A stretch of 64,000 bases of DNA from Basidiobolus meristosporus CBS 931.73 (taxonomy: Eukaryota > Fungi > Basidiobolomycota). The stretch's first letter is position 1, and each line of letters begins with the position of its first letter. Made by a program: the position numbers and the translations under genes. The notes below the pieces were generated by a model. The model was not told the origin of the DNA and searched no databases. It was given only the letters and a program-made list of their open reading frames with translations. Positions 1 to 14,280 of this stretch are shown in pieces. Location: contig MCFE01000119.1 in NCBI GenBank assembly GCA_002104905.1, positions 98,365 to 162,364 on the forward strand. The letters are read 5' to 3'.

Positions 1-372
1 TGACATTGTTCATTCACTGGTTCCCACTTGTCCCAGTCTTCAGCATGTACTGCAAGGTTTGGTGCCCCATCTGCTAGTCCTTGCAATAAATCCTTGCAAC
101 ATTCAAGTGCACTTTCTTAGGCACTACTCTTGAAGAAGCACTGCAACCTATTAGTGTGCCTATCATTGTTCTGAATCTCCAGTGTAGGCATTGCAATAGT
201 CTCTATTTCTTGATGGTGTAGCTTTGGCTGTCAGTGAGGTCTCCATTCTGTCTACAATGCAGGACATGGGGCTGTAGTTGACTTATTGCCTTCCTTGGCA
301 ACTTATCTTCCTCACAGGAGTATAACATGAATAGCTTCACCCTCAATTCTTATGAAGACAACTATTGCTTTG

Positions 373-1905
373 TTTTTGCCTCAAATGACTAATGTTTACG
401 TGATTTATTAGTAGAGCTAAGTGGCTTCTGAGAGCAATATACACAGGACTCTTCCAGGCAACAGTTGCAAAGAACTAGACAGAGGGTAAGTGAATACCTT
501 GAGGAATCAGAAGGTGAGCTTCAAGAGGAAGAATACTGACCACAAGCAACATTGCCTAGATTGCGCCAGCATGCCTTGCTGGATTCCTTACCATACCTTG
601 CAACTTCAGCATACCAGCACATGTCAGTCTATATTAAGCCAACACCCTTCACAAGAGCAACCTACATTGACTCATCATGTATTGGGTCAACGGGCATGCT
701 TCAGAGCAAAACCACCCCAACCCACCAAACTGCTCAAAAAGACACAAGTCCATTGGAGCAAGCCAAGTCATGTCAACAAGCCGCACCACATCAAACTCAG
801 CCAAGGGCCATGCCAGCACATCCATTTGCGTTTGCGTGTGCCATTACACCTGACCATCAGCAAGTTTCTGCTGGTGAACTGACTGATGATGACCCACATG
901 AAGTACCTCCACCACCAGAGTCTTTGGCAAGTAAAAGAACACATCAGCATGCAGCACTGCAGGCTGGCTCAGTTGCATCATCTGGAGCAATTCAGCACAG
1001 CCAGGCTTCAGCATTGCACTCATCAGCTTTGAGGCAAAATACTACAAATACACAAGTAGACAAGAGGGTTGTCAACAAGAAAGTAGTTTAGGTGTGCAAA
1101 GTGAATCACTACCAAATGCTTCAGTAGTAATCCCTGTGAGAACAAAGCATAGGAGAAGATGATGCAATTGCATTGAATTACTATTATTTGTAATGAATCA
1201 AACAATGCATTTTTTTTGCAATCTGCATCAAGCCATGGCAAATCAGTGATCACTAAATTTTTGATATAAGCAATATCAAGGTTGTCTCACACTTGAGACA
1301 GGACCCCTCTAAATAAACACCCTGCATATGTGTACATCATCTGTGGCACCAGTACAGCCATTTGATCTGATTTGCACCCATACAATCAGTTGCATGCTGG
1401 CTATGACACCTTGTCCAATCACTAGGATCAGTGATTTACTTGCTTAATGAGCAAAATGGGATATTTGATGGCAAATCAGGTAGCTTGTGTATTGGTCAAA
1501 GAGCCAATTGGGGGTTGAAAGCTTCAGGTTACTTTTGGACCAATTAACCACTGAGATACCATCCAAATGGAGTGAGGGTAACTAAATTGGTAAGTATCAG
1601 TGTAGTTTATAGTGTGATACACATTGATTTCCATTTACAGTAAAGAAACATATTCAAATACCAGATCTTACCTACCATAATAGTGGTATCCAGTTGTGCA
1701 CATGATGCCAGCATTGCAAGTGGGTGCAATCATACATGCCAACCTAATTGTGTCAGATTGTGCCATAATGTGCAAGATCATCCCACATGGCGCAAAATTG
1801 TCCAAGGGCAATCCTGCCTACTGGTAGCTTCAATATTTTGCCCAATTGTTCTTGGAGACTGCGGATCACGCCACACACCCTGGCACAGTATGATGGAACA
1901 AGTCT
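373..1905. mobile_element. Decayed right half of the PIF/Harbinger-type DNA transposon (ORF2 remnant plus right terminal inverted repeat)
   Basis: Colinear with 16370-17905. Ends in tGATGGAACAAGTCT (1891-1905), matching the right TIR at 17891-17905. ORF 552-1091 is the broken C-terminal part of ORF 15915-17162, with many CG>TG/CA changes. Confidence 0.85.
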
Positions 1906-2377
1906 ATACAGCAATCAACATCCCAGGGAGAGAATGCTGGAACTTTGCTGTAAAGATGGAGATCAAGTGCCTCAATATCATCAACTGGAATAAAGCCATT
2001 TCCAGATGTAACAACAGAGGAACACTGTAAAATGCTTGAAGCACAACAGCAGTGTCAAATAATGAAGCCCACAGAGAATCCAATTGCAGCATGGGAGGGA
2101 GCAACTGTAGTCTTTGTATTGAAGCCTTAAAGCCAGAATACACTGAAGATCTATGAAAACATGGAGTGTGATGATGAAGAGTGAGTTACTATTCAGGGGG
2201 CTACAAATAGTCTGGCATGTAGTCATATTAAGGCCAGCCTACCATGATATCTTTGGGATCTCATGGCTAAGCAGAATGTTCTTCATCCCTTTCATATGCA
2301 TTTTCCAGGATTCAAAAAAGCAAGTGGTTTATGCTAGAACCTGGCTCAATGGGACTGTTGGAGACCCTATAGAGATT

Positions 2378-4850
2378 TTATAAGCTTGCAGCCCAAATGG
2401 TAGTTATCTTAGTCAAAATGCCATCAGGCAGATTCATGTTCAGGTCCTCATCAAGTTCTCCATTCAAAAATGCTGTATCTACATCCATTTGTTGAATAAA
2501 AGACGTATTTTTGGCTGCAATATCTAGTATTAGTCTGATGGAGTTAGACTTGGTGACTGGTGCAAAGGTTTCAATATGGTCCAATTCTTTTGTTTGAAAG
2601 TATTCTTTGGCCACAAGTTTTTTGCTCTGTCTTTCATCTGTAACTTCAGCCTTGTACTGTGTCTTGAAGACATATTTGCATCCAATTAATTTTTGGTTGT
2701 TGAGGAAATTGACCAAGTCCCAAGTTTGATTTACCATCAGGGCTTGTGGTTCCTCAGTGATTGCAGATCTCCAAAAGCTTGTTAGAGGGCTGTTTCTGGC
2801 CTCTTTGACAGTCTGTGGCTAATCAATATCAACTGAATAGGCATAGGCTAAGTTTGAACCCTGATTGATATAAAGATTTGGGTTATTTCTGGTTCAGTTG
2901 GACATCATGCCATCTCATATTGAGGAAATCACCTGGAGGATACTCCTGGGCACTGATTCAGGCTGAGCCATGGTTGTGGAGTCCTCTGGAGTAAATTAAT
3001 TTCTTTATTTTGCTCTGGCTCAATTTTGACTATTAGCAGACTTGATATCAGATTTTTGTCATCAACAGATGTTATTTTTTGTTGAATTTAAATACTCACC
3101 AAACAACACATCCCTTGACCTGATCAGCTTCTTTGCTCTGGTGTTGGAATAGCCCAAAAATAAGCATTCTTCACTTATTGACTCAAATTTTGACTCATTT
3201 CTGAACAGATTCTTGGCATGTGCTGTGCATCCTTGTATTTTTAGATGATCTGCACTTGGTCAGTGTTCATACCATGCCTCAAGTGGTGTTTATTCACAAG
3301 CTATTCTGCTGTAGTTCCTATTTTGAGATATATGGCTATAGCAACTAATTCCACTCAAAAATCATACAATAATATTAATCATAAGTCATGACTTTGGCCA
3401 TATCAATAGTCAATTTGCTTGCACATTCTGACACACCATTTTGCTGTGGGGAGTATGGTACATCAGTCTCTTGCTTATCATGTTAACTTTGCAGTAGTGG
3501 ATGAAGAGTTTTGAGGTCTATTCTCCAACATTGTCTGAGCATATTTTCTTGATTCTTTTCACCAGCTTCTCTCTCCACCATTGTTTAGAGCTTCCTGAGC
3601 TTCTACAAGGCCTCCTCCTTTCTTTGCATAATGTAGATATATATATATCTTATTTAATTATCAATCAAAGTGATTAACAATTCTATCCTGCCGTGGGATA
3701 AATTTGCATAGGTCTACACAGATCTGAGTGAGTTAGATCTAATTTTATTCTGGTTTTGATTATATCAGAGCTCTTCAGCAAATACCTGGCTTGTTTGCCA
3801 TATATGCAGGCTTCAAAGTGCTCTAAATTTGCGGGGGGATCAAGCTTTACTCCAGAAATCAATTGATCCTTGATAATCTAATGCAAATGATCAAAATTAA
3901 TTCTCCCAAATCTCCTGTCCCAAAGCATTAGTACTTCTTTATTTATGTTACTAGTATTAGGTCCCATATACAATGGAATATAAGTCAACTTTTATATTCT
4001 CTGACCTCTGATACCCAAAGCTTTATGGGCACCATTTTGATCAGTGATTCTACATTCAGAAGTGTTAAAACTGAAGCTGAGTCCTTCTGCTGTGGTCTTG
4101 TTTACAGATAGTGGGCACTTTACTATTTTGGAGCATAAAGTACTCCTTTGAAGGTGAGTGTGCAGCTTCCTTCACTAATTCTGAGGCTTACTTGGATAGT
4201 TCTGTCATTAATTATGTCCAGTGTTCTATATTCACCCATGAAAATCATCTTGGATTTTCTTAACATTGGGTTAAAAGTTCCTTTTGGTGTGTAAACTGTT
4301 GCAATGCTGCAGAGTCTGAGGATCCTTGTTTGTGGTCATACTCAGTGTAGACATAAATAGTCTATCATCAGCTATTGCAGCATTTCCTACTTCAGGCTTC
4401 TTTTGCTAGATCCATCCAACTTTGCAGCACAGGGAGAAATTTCAGTAATAGCAGCAGTGGACTTTGCACAGAGTGACAGCTTGGTACTCATATCCTGCTG
4501 TAGCAGTCTTGGAGATATTGGAAGTGATTGGGAGACCAAGTAGATTATGCAGCTTTCACATATTGATTCATTGAAAGTAAAAGCAGTATTTAAGGTCCTA
4601 AGAATGTGTGTACAAAGTTAGGGGCTGTTTGGACAACTTTGAGAATTTTCATGTTCTGGCTACCTAATGTTCTGGTTAAAATATTCTAAGAAAGTCCCAA
4701 TAAGTAATTTGGTCCGTATTTTCTAATATTTGTTGGTAATGATCTAAATGACTAGGTTAGGTGAATAGTTGGGTGGTATTACAAACTTTTACAGTAATTT
4801 TAGGTGGCAACATATTTTGGTAAATAATTGCCTGGCAATCATACAAAATG
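2378..4850 (-). mobile_element. Decayed, 3'-truncated Ty1/Copia copy (5' LTR relic, internally deleted gag, protease, integrase, start of RT)
   Basis: ORF 2378-2737 has the RT start (TWDLV, KLVAKEYFQ, QMDVDTAFLNG). The rest aligns to the intact Copia with stops. About 680 bp of gag is deleted near 4408. LTR relic from ~4500. Confidence 0.85.
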
Positions 4851-5099
4851 ATTTATTTTTTTATAATTCAGGATATGATCCTATCCAAAAGCTTGTCCAA
4901 CAGTCCTGTGGACTATATGAGCACAAAGTCAATATATTTCACTGTAGATCTGGGCCCTAAATTATTGGTACTATGCAATTTTCTTCAGATGTGGCAGATC
5001 ACCAATATACTACATATCTTGATATATTCATATGCCAATTTGGTAGGCTCATCTTCATGACTAGCATGAATAATTATGACAAGTGTCTTTTGAAGGCAA

Positions 5100-5771
5100 G
5101 GCCTCCTTGTCCATAGCAACATCCTCATTAGAATAGTCCTTTAGTAGCAGTAGTCATCTTTGACTTTTAGAAGAACAATAGTGCCAAAAGTCTTTCTCCA
5201 GACTGGCAGAAACAGATTCAAAGCAAAGTGAATTCCAAGAGGACAGCAGGCTTAGGGCTCATAACCTGTTGCAATATTCTGAGAAGTATTGGAAGTGGTG
5301 TGGAATACTAGATGATTTAAATGTTATTTACTGGCAGATTTACTGATTGACAGTATGTTATTTATATGTTCAATAAAGTAGAGCAAAAAAACAAACAGAG
5401 TTAGTTAAAGAGGATCCCAAGAGTATGTGTGCAAAGTTTGGGGTCTTTTGAAGCTCTTGGAGAAAGGTAATAATCTGAGTACCAGATAAATTGGTTAAAA
5501 TATTCTATGTAATTCCCAACAAGAAATTTTGTCAGGACAGAATACTAATTCCAGAGTAAGATCTATGTCACTAAGTTGGCATGAATATCTAGGTGACAAC
5601 TTCAATACTACAACAGTTTTTACAAAATGATTTATTGAATGTTAAAGTAATAATGTTACTTCTAAATAAACTTTGCAAAAATGGCATTGAGAATATGTCT
5701 TAAAGGTCCCAAAAGCATGTGTGCAAAACTTGTGGTTGTTTCAATAGATTTGAGAAATCTCATGTTTTAGG
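5100..5771 (-). repeat. Older Copia-family gag/PBS/LTR relics
   Basis: GGGCTCATAACC followed by TGTTGCAAT near 5255-5275 (PBS plus LTR start) and diverged LTR-like blocks. Confidence 0.6.
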
Positions 5772-7172
5772 TATTGTAAGAGTCTTGGAGATATTGGAAG
5801 TGATGTGGGAGTACAAGTGGATTATGTGTTTTTCACTCAATCATTTATTGAATGTAAAAGTAGTATTTATACATTTACATGTTCTTGGCATTATCATCAC
5901 ATAGAAAAAGTTAAGGAAGGTCTCAAGTACATGTGTGCAAAGTATGGGGCTGTTAGGACAACTTTGAGAATTTTCATGTACTGGGTACTTTGTATTTTGG
6001 TAAAAATATTCTAAGCAAATGCCAACAAGGAATTTGGTCAGTATTCTCTATAATTTGGAGGTAATGATCTAAGTGACTAAGTTGAGTGAATATATAGGTG
6101 GAATAACAAATTTTTACAACACTCCCACTTAGCTGAATTTTCACACTGACTAGTCCAAATTTTGACCAAAAATTTTCAAACTTGTCTCTAGCCAATGGTT
6201 TGGTAAATATTGTTGTAAAAATTTGTAATTCCACCTGAATATTCACTCAGCTTAGTCACTTAAATCATTACCTTCCAATCCTAGAGAATACTGACCAAAT
6301 TCCTTGTTGGGATTTATTTAAAATTTTTTCACCAAAATACCAGGTACCCAGAACATGAAAATTCTAAAAGTTGTCCAAACAGCCCCAAACTTTGTACACA
6401 TGTTCTTGGGACCTTCCATAACCTATTCTACATGTTTGTTATGCCAAGACCATGTAAAAGTATAAATACTACTTTTACATTCAATAGATCATTTAGTGAA
6501 AACCGCATAATCTACTTGTCCTTCCAGTCACTTCCAATATCTCCAAGACTCTTACAACAAGTTATGAACCCTGAGCTGTCACTCTCAGGAATGTCTACCA
6601 CTGCTATTACTTGAATTTTTCCTTCTGCTAAAAAGTTGGATAGATCTAACTACTAAGTGTGGAAGGTGAAGGGGAAGATGCTGTTATAAGAAAGAGGCCT
6701 TTGAGATACTGTCATGGGAGAAAATGCCCTCCTAACAGTGTGGAAGAGGAAGCCTTTAAGTACCAGAAGAAAGAACAAAGTGCCTTCAAAAGCATTTGCA
6801 TTAATGTTGAAGACAAATTGCTAATTCAATGCTCAAGAGCAAAAACAGCAAAGAATGCCTGGAAGGCATTGAAGACACCTACCAGTCATGTTCAGCTGCT
6901 AAGAAAATGTATCTGCGGCAAAAATTCTTTGCTACAAAGATGTTGCCAGGAGAAGATATGAAAAACCTAGCTAACAGAATTACCATGCTGGTAGAGGAGA
7001 TGGAATCTGTGGGTGTACCAACTACTGATGAGGATGTGATAGTTACCATCCTGAATAGCCTGACAGACAGGTTTCAGGACCTTGTATCAGCCCTAGAGTC
7101 CAGAACTGAAGATTTGGCCTTAAATTACTTATTTAGAAGGCTCCTGGTTGAAGAATTAAGAAAATCAAGCGC

Positions 7173-10100
7173 TGTGGTGGTGTATAAGTCCAAGGGAGAG
7201 TTACATCCAACACTTCTCAAGTGTTTTGTGTGTGGGGTGTTCACCGGGTGCAATAATCTCTGGCAAAAGCTTGCTAGGGATACTTGGGTTCTGTCTCTAA
7301 TCTAATGTGATGGGGAATAAAGCCACAAGCTTGTCATGGAAAAACTATTGAGCTACAATCCCTTACTTGGTTGGCATCTTAACAAAAGTATGTGCTGGGT
7401 TCAGCATCCTTTGAGATGACAATGTACTAAAGCTTCCAAAGTCAAAACAACTGTAAACTCCACCAGCAGGGACTTGATAAGCATGCAGCTGTGGTCAATA
7501 GTTACAAAGAAAGAAAAGTATCTTTGCCTGTACAAGAACAAACTTGGGAAATAATCAAATATAATAAAAGATACCTACTCTGAGTATTCCTTGCTAGTAG
7601 TGCCTCCAAGGTCAGTTGGCTGTCAGTGTGGTTTCCTGGGAATATTCTGTGGTCTGGGGTTGGAAGTTCAGGTAGCAACAAGTGAGGGATAGCCTCCCTT
7701 ATACACTTTTCTTACTGGCTAAGTGATTACTAATCATGGTGTTGCTAAAGGTTCCAGATATCAATAGAAATCTTGATGACATCAGAATGACCTAAGAATG
7801 TTCTAAGTAGGTGCCAGAAGTTTCTAAGAGGCACAGCACAGCCAATCAATCAGAAATCAGTACTCTGAAACCTGTGTAACCTAGGGATACCATATATGGT
7901 ATGGAAATGGTAGGGATGGTGATACAGGTTGATCATGTGTCACAGGAACTGGCACGGGTGCTTGCTCAATGTAGAAGCACTTACTGCTAGTAACTTCACA
8001 TAAAGTGGGGGATAACTTATGCAATAAGGTAAGCAGGTGTGATAGTCAACTGGCTGATGGGATAGTACTGATGAGGTAAGACAAATGGGTTCAAACTGAA
8101 ATAAGGGTAGTAGAGGAATAGGGAAGTAGAAAATGTGGGAATGAGCACATCTGTCAGTGGGTGTCACTGTTGCCCCACTACATTCACCCCCCTCTCAGCT
8201 TTGAGCTTGGGTCAAAGCAAACTAATCTTGATGTGCAAAATTCCTATTCTTAAATAACTTAAGTTGGTTTGCCGCAACTGGTGCTCTCAACTGGGTGTTG
8301 TCAAGCTCAGATATGTAATAACTTCCATTTCTAATCACTTTAGAAATGATGTCAGGGCCAGTCCATTTGTTGTCAAACTTCTAACTCCATTGTTTGCACA
8401 AGGTGGAGTCATAAAGAAATGCTGGGTCTCCTAGTGATAGTGTTTTTGGTCTTGTTGAGTGTGATTTGTCAAAGGGCACTTTGTTCTTCAGTTGTGTATA
8501 CTTAAGTTGTTCAGCAGCTCTGTTGATATTCAGGTCATGGTGATCAAGTCACTGTGTGCAAGTTGCCAGGAGGTCTTCAGTCTGCATATTGGATCTCCAA
8601 TTCATTGAGTTCTAAGTGACAATGTTTAAGTCAACTGGTAGTATGCAGTCATGTCCATAGAGTAGCTTGAATGGCAATAATCCAGTTGTTTTCTTGGTAG
8701 TAATTCTATCTGCCCAGAGTGCAAGATGTAATTGCTGTGGCCACAGTGTTGTGTTATTCTCACAGGTCTTGACAAGAGAGTTCACCAATGGTCTATGTGC
8801 TCTCTCTATCACTCCATTGGCTTGAGGGCAGTAAGTTGTAGTAAAAGCAATGTGTATCTTGTACTTTGAGCACAACTCCTGGATCATTTGGGATGTCATC
8901 TCTCCACTGTCAGCTACAAACTGTTGGATGCAGCCAAATCTGCAGATAATGTCTTCAAGTATAAATCTTCATATTGTATGGCTCTTGTTGTTTGGTAAGG
9001 CTTGAGCCTCTGCCCATCCACTAAGGTCATCTCTAGCAACAATCAGGTACTTTTTTGATCTAGCTGTTGGCATGTGGACAAGGTCAATACCAACCTTTTG
9101 CCATAGACAGATTGTGTAAGTAGGATGTAGTGGTTCTTCATAATGCTTGGAGGATCTCTTCTGGCAGGCTACACATGATTCAACAAAGTGTTGGATATTA
9201 TAGTACATGTTTTCCCAGTGGTACCTCTGAGTTGTGGTATTTTAGGTTGCTTCTTGTCCTCTATGCCCACCTGGTTCTCCTTGGTGGATACTTGTCAGGA
9301 TGCTCAGTTGCTCTTGTGGGGTAGTGACTACTCTTCTTGGCATAAGTCCAGGCTTCTCTTGTTTAAAGAGAAGAGCGTCTTTGAGATAGTAGTGGTGTGC
9401 CTTCTTTCTGAGTTTTCTAAAGTCCTGAATTTCCATCCAACTAGGTTTCTTGAGTGTCCTTAGATATTCCTTGATCAGATTCCAGGTAGTTCTCTCTTGG
9501 TCTTGGATGGCAATCTATTGGATCTCTGCATCAATAATATCTTCAAAGTGAGGGTCCAAGTCTTCAAATAATTGTGGTCCCTTCCTGGAGAGTGTATTGG
9601 CCACAACATTTGTCTTGCCAGGGATATGTCTGACCTCAAAGTCAAACATTCTCAGCCATGCCATCCATTGGTTTGTGGCACCATTGGGTAGGTCAGGCTT
9701 GTTGATCATTTGTATAAGTGGCTTGGCACCTGTCTCCAGGATGAAATGTGTCATGTAGAGTTGTGACTTCAGCTACCTTGGCATCTTCACAACTCCAAGT
9801 TGCTCTCTCTTAATCTGTGAGTATCTTTGTTCTCTAGGAGAGAGTAGGCAGCTTTCATATCTGCAGGCATAGCAGTTACCATCTTCATCATCTTGGCCAA
9901 GTAGTGCTCCAGCTCCTATAGGGCTTGCATCCACTGTGAGAATAGGTGGGTATTCAGTGTTCTGATGGTCAAGAGGTCTTAGATATGGTGGAGATACTAA
10001 GGCCTCTTTCAGTAATTGCATGGCTTCTTCTTGCTCTTCTCCCCAGATAAATGGGGTATTCTTTCTCTGTAGTCAGTAGATTAGTTCTGCTATCTCAGAA

Positions 10101-13100
10101 AATTTTGGGATCCAGATCCTAAAGAACCCACAAGCTGCCACAAAGCCATGAGCTTGTGTTAGATTTGTGGGGGTAGGCCAGTTGTATATCTTTTGTGTCT
10201 TGGAGTTTCCAAGTGAACAACTAAAGGTGTTGCATTTTTGTCCAACAATGGATATCTCTGATACACCAAAACTGCTTTCCTCACCACTGATGGTGAGTCC
10301 AGCTTCTTCAATGGCTTCATATATGGCATCATTGTCTGAAATATGGTCATAGACAAACTTTCTTATTCCAGGCATAACTTCAGTGGTGTCCTGGATTTCT
10401 AGTCCTTTGATGCCTATGTCATCAACAAAAACAGCAGGTTTCTCAGGTATAAACTAGTACAGCACATATGCCATGCATCTCTGGAACTGAGCCACAAAGT
10501 TTGTAGCTCCTTGGCTGAGTCTTGTCATCCTTAACAGTCCAAATGGTGTCTGTAGTGCAAACATATCTCTTTATGTCTCATCAAGGGGGATCTGGTCATA
10601 TCCTGAGATTGTATGTTGAGTAGATGTAGTGGCCACTAAAGCTTTCAGCAAAGTCATCAATAGATGGATGTATAGCAGCATCCCTGATAGTGACAGCATT
10701 TGCAGGTTGCATGTCTTGAATGAATTGGAGCTTTCCATTCTTCTTTTTTGTCACATAACATCTGTTAGCATAAGGTCCATGGCAAGGTTCTAGGATACCA
10801 GCTTCTATCTTCTTCTTAAGTAGGTCATGCACATCAGCTTGGAGTCCTCTGGGCAGTGGGTAAGGCTTAAATGACCAGGGTGTGTGGGGCACTGTATGAA
10901 TCTTGAAAGGTTTTTCAACCAATGTCTTTAAGAGTCCCATCTCCTTGTCATTATATGAGAAGACCTTGTCATACCTTTTCAAGGTTTCTTCAAATAATAG
11001 TATCTCCTCTGGTGTTGGGTTTCCATCACCAATGATAAGTTGCTTAATTCTTGCAGGTGTAAGTTTTATATCTTCTGGTATTTCTTCTGGTGGTCTAATG
11101 TAATCAGCAGGTTGAGATCCATCAGTCAAAGGTGTAAGTGATGGTCTAATCTTCTGTTCTACTGTCTTGTATTTTGTTTGAACCATAGCTGTCTGCTCCT
11201 GTATACCTAATGAGCAGCTCCAAATGGTGGGGTGTATATTGTCAGGCTCCTCATCTTCTTCTATAACAAGATGTGGTCTTCCAGCAAGCAGTATGTGTCC
11301 TGTTATTGCTGGGTGTTACACCACAGAAGGTTGACTATAGTTCTGGGTTGGATCCTTGTATAGTGTTCTATACTGATCCATTGGAATAGTTGGTAGTTGT
11401 AGCCTTGGTACTGGTTTCCCACGGTCTACCTAGCAGAAGGTCAAAGTTTGCCTTCTGGCAGATGAAGAGGGGAAGCCAGACCTTGATTTCTTGTACCTCA
11501 AGAGAGAACTTGTGCATTACACCATAGAGTGGACTATATCCTGAGTTTGCATCAGTCATGTTCCATCCAATACCTCTATCAACAGGCAGCAGCTCCTTGC
11601 TTCTGAGTGACTTCCAGAAGTCTAGCAGCATAACACAAATCTCTGAACCACTGTCAATATGACAGTCAACAGGGTCATCATATATATATCCTTTCACTAC
11701 AGCAGTTGCAACTTAGTAAAAGGTCTTATATTCAGTAGTGCTGTCATCCTTTTGGTGGTCTTCATGGTTTGTCAAACTATATGGGTGTCCATATGTTCAA
11801 TGGCTTGTTGTCTTGGTCTAAGCTGCTCATCAAAGGTCTTCCTAACAGATGGGGATACACTCAGGATTTCTCCAACCAATAAAGTAAGGTTCTGTTTCAG
11901 CAGCTTCTCAGTAATCAGTTGAGGGCTTGAGTAGCTTGCTATCTTTGAGGTCATCTGAAAGTGAGGTAATAGATCTTGGGTGGGCAGCATACTAGGCCTC
12001 TTGTTGATGGCAACTTCAGGTTCTTCAAATTGTGGTCTTCTAAGGATTGGTTTGGCAGGTAATTCAGGGAGGTATCTTTTGGTAGCAAAGGCATCAACTT
12101 TGTATTGTCTATTGTCAGTGCTATTCAGACTCACTGTATGGGTCCCAGTAGGGGCATCAACAGTTATCTTTCTGGTTGCTGAGTTAGATTTCTGGAAAAG
12201 AGCTCTCATCCCTCCTCTTTGGAATTTAGTGGGAATCCTTCATCCTTCCTTGTCAGCAAGCATTCCATCAGCATCAAACTGTACTATTCCTTCTCTAAGT
12301 AGCTGACTAAGCTCAGTGCATTCTTGTCTGGCATGCTGAGTAGAGTTACACCAGATGCAGTGTCTTGGCAAAGGTCTTTGGCCCTCAGTAGCTACCACAG
12401 CTGAGCCATTAATCTTGAGGGCTAGCGTTTGTAGCTGTTCAGCAAGTTGGTCAATTCTGTTGGTAGTGTAGGTCTGATTGTCAGCAACAGCACTCCTTGG
12501 CTCCTTGGCTGACTGGTATGGCAGATTAGATGTCAGGAGTCTCATAAAGGTGGAAGTTTGCTTTGCCTCTAGGAGAACACATTTCATCTCTGCAAAGCAA
12601 GGAATGCTAGACATGTCATCCTTGGCTGCATGTAAGTCAACTTTCCTTGCCAAGTCCTGGGGCAGCCCTTGTTCAAGGTAAAGTGTCATGGTAAACTCAG
12701 TTATAGCCTGGGACTCAAGGAGTGGCTTGGCCATATCTTCATATTGTTGAATGAACTCTTTAGTAGTAGCTTGGAAAGTCTAGTCCTTCCAAAATGTCTG
12801 AGGTCTTTAATTCCATAGTATATCTGGGGTCTCCCATACTTGGTCTCTAGGTAGGTCTTCATTAAGACCTAGTCAGTGAGAATTTTTCCTTGGCTAAGAA
12901 GCTTAGTGGTAATATCATTGTTGCAGTAGTAGGGAAAGTCTTCAGCCATTTCTTGTTCAGATAGGCTGCACATCTTGCAAAGCTTCTCCCATTTGAATAT
13001 GAAGCTTTCCACATTCTTTCCATCAAACTAGGGAGCTCCATGTGAGAATGGTTATGGCATAGAGTTCAGCTTGGGCAGGTTGGTTGGTATTGTAATCTTG

Positions 13101-14280
13101 ATAATATCAGTAGTCTCTTTTCAATAAGTGGATAACAGCTCAAATCTTCAGGTAAATCTTTTTGTGCCCTAGGGAGCTTGTATGAACCCCCCACACTTGG
13201 TGCCAAGTATGTGGTGGTGTATAAGTCCAAGGGAGAGATACATCCAACACTTCTCAAGTTTTTTATGTGTGGGGTGTTCACTGGGTGCAATAACCTCTGG
13301 CAAAAGCTTGCTAGGGATACTTGGGTTCTGTCTCTAATCTTATGAGATGGGGAATAAAGCCACAAGCTTGCCAAGGGAAAAATATTCAGCTACAAACCCC
13401 TACTTAGTAGGCATCTTAACAAAAGTATGTGCTGGGTTCAGCATCCTTTGAGATGACAATGTACTAAAGCTTCCAAAGTCAAAACAACTGTAAACTCCAC
13501 CAGCAGGGACTTGATAAGAATGCAGCTGTGTTCAATAGTTACAAAGACAGAAAAGTATCTTTGCCTGTACAAGAACAAACCTAGGAAAGAATCAAATATA
13601 ATAAAAGATACCTACTCTGAGTATTCCTTACAAGTAGTGCCTCCATGGTTGGTTGGCTGTCAGTGTGGTTTCCAGGGAGTGTCCTGTGGTCTGGGGTTGG
13701 AAATTCAGGTAGCAGCAGGTAGCAGTGATCACACTAATCAACAAGTTGGTATATTGATAAAAGGGATGATGATCAATTGTTGAGGAATAGCCTCCCTTAT
13801 AGACTTTTCTTACAGGCTAAGTGATTACTAATCATGGTGTTGCCAAAGGTTCCAGATATCAATAGAAATCTTGATGACATCAGAATGACCTAAGAATGTT
13901 CTAAGTAGGTGCCAGAAGTTTCTAAGAGGCACAGCACATCCAACCAATCAGAAATCAGTACTCTGAAACCTGTGTAACTTAGGGATACCATATATGGTAT
14001 GGAAATGGTAGGGATGGTTATACAGGTTCATCATGTGTCATGGGTACTGGTGCAGGTACCTGCCTAATATAGGAGCACTTGCTGCTAGTAAACTCACATA
14101 AAGTGAGGGATAACTTATGCAATAAGGTAACCAGGTGTGAGAGTCAACCAGCTTATGGGATAGTACTGATCAGGTAAGACAAATGGGTTAAAACTGAAAT
14201 AAGGGTAGTAGAGACATAGGGAAGTAGAAAATATGGGAATGAGCACATCTGTCAGTGGGTGTCACTGTCACCCCACTACC
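7173..14280 (-). mobile_element. Decayed Ty3/Gypsy LTR retrotransposon
   Basis: LTRs 7173-8182 and 13210-14280 (~1 kb). PPT complement TTCACCCCCCTCTC directly after 8182. Fragments in PR-RT-RH-IN order: zinc knuckle CIWCNSTQHARQEC (12240-12734), protease CHIDSGSEIC (11368-11697), RT (10073-11186), RNase H (9515-10021), integrase (8612-9436). Likely 4-bp TSD GCGC/GCAC. Confidence 0.92.

Noticed and set aside
4395-4420. ~680-bp gag deletion in the decayed Copia as a possible spliced-RNA copy
   Set aside because: The removed segment does not start with GT; it looks like an ordinary deletion.
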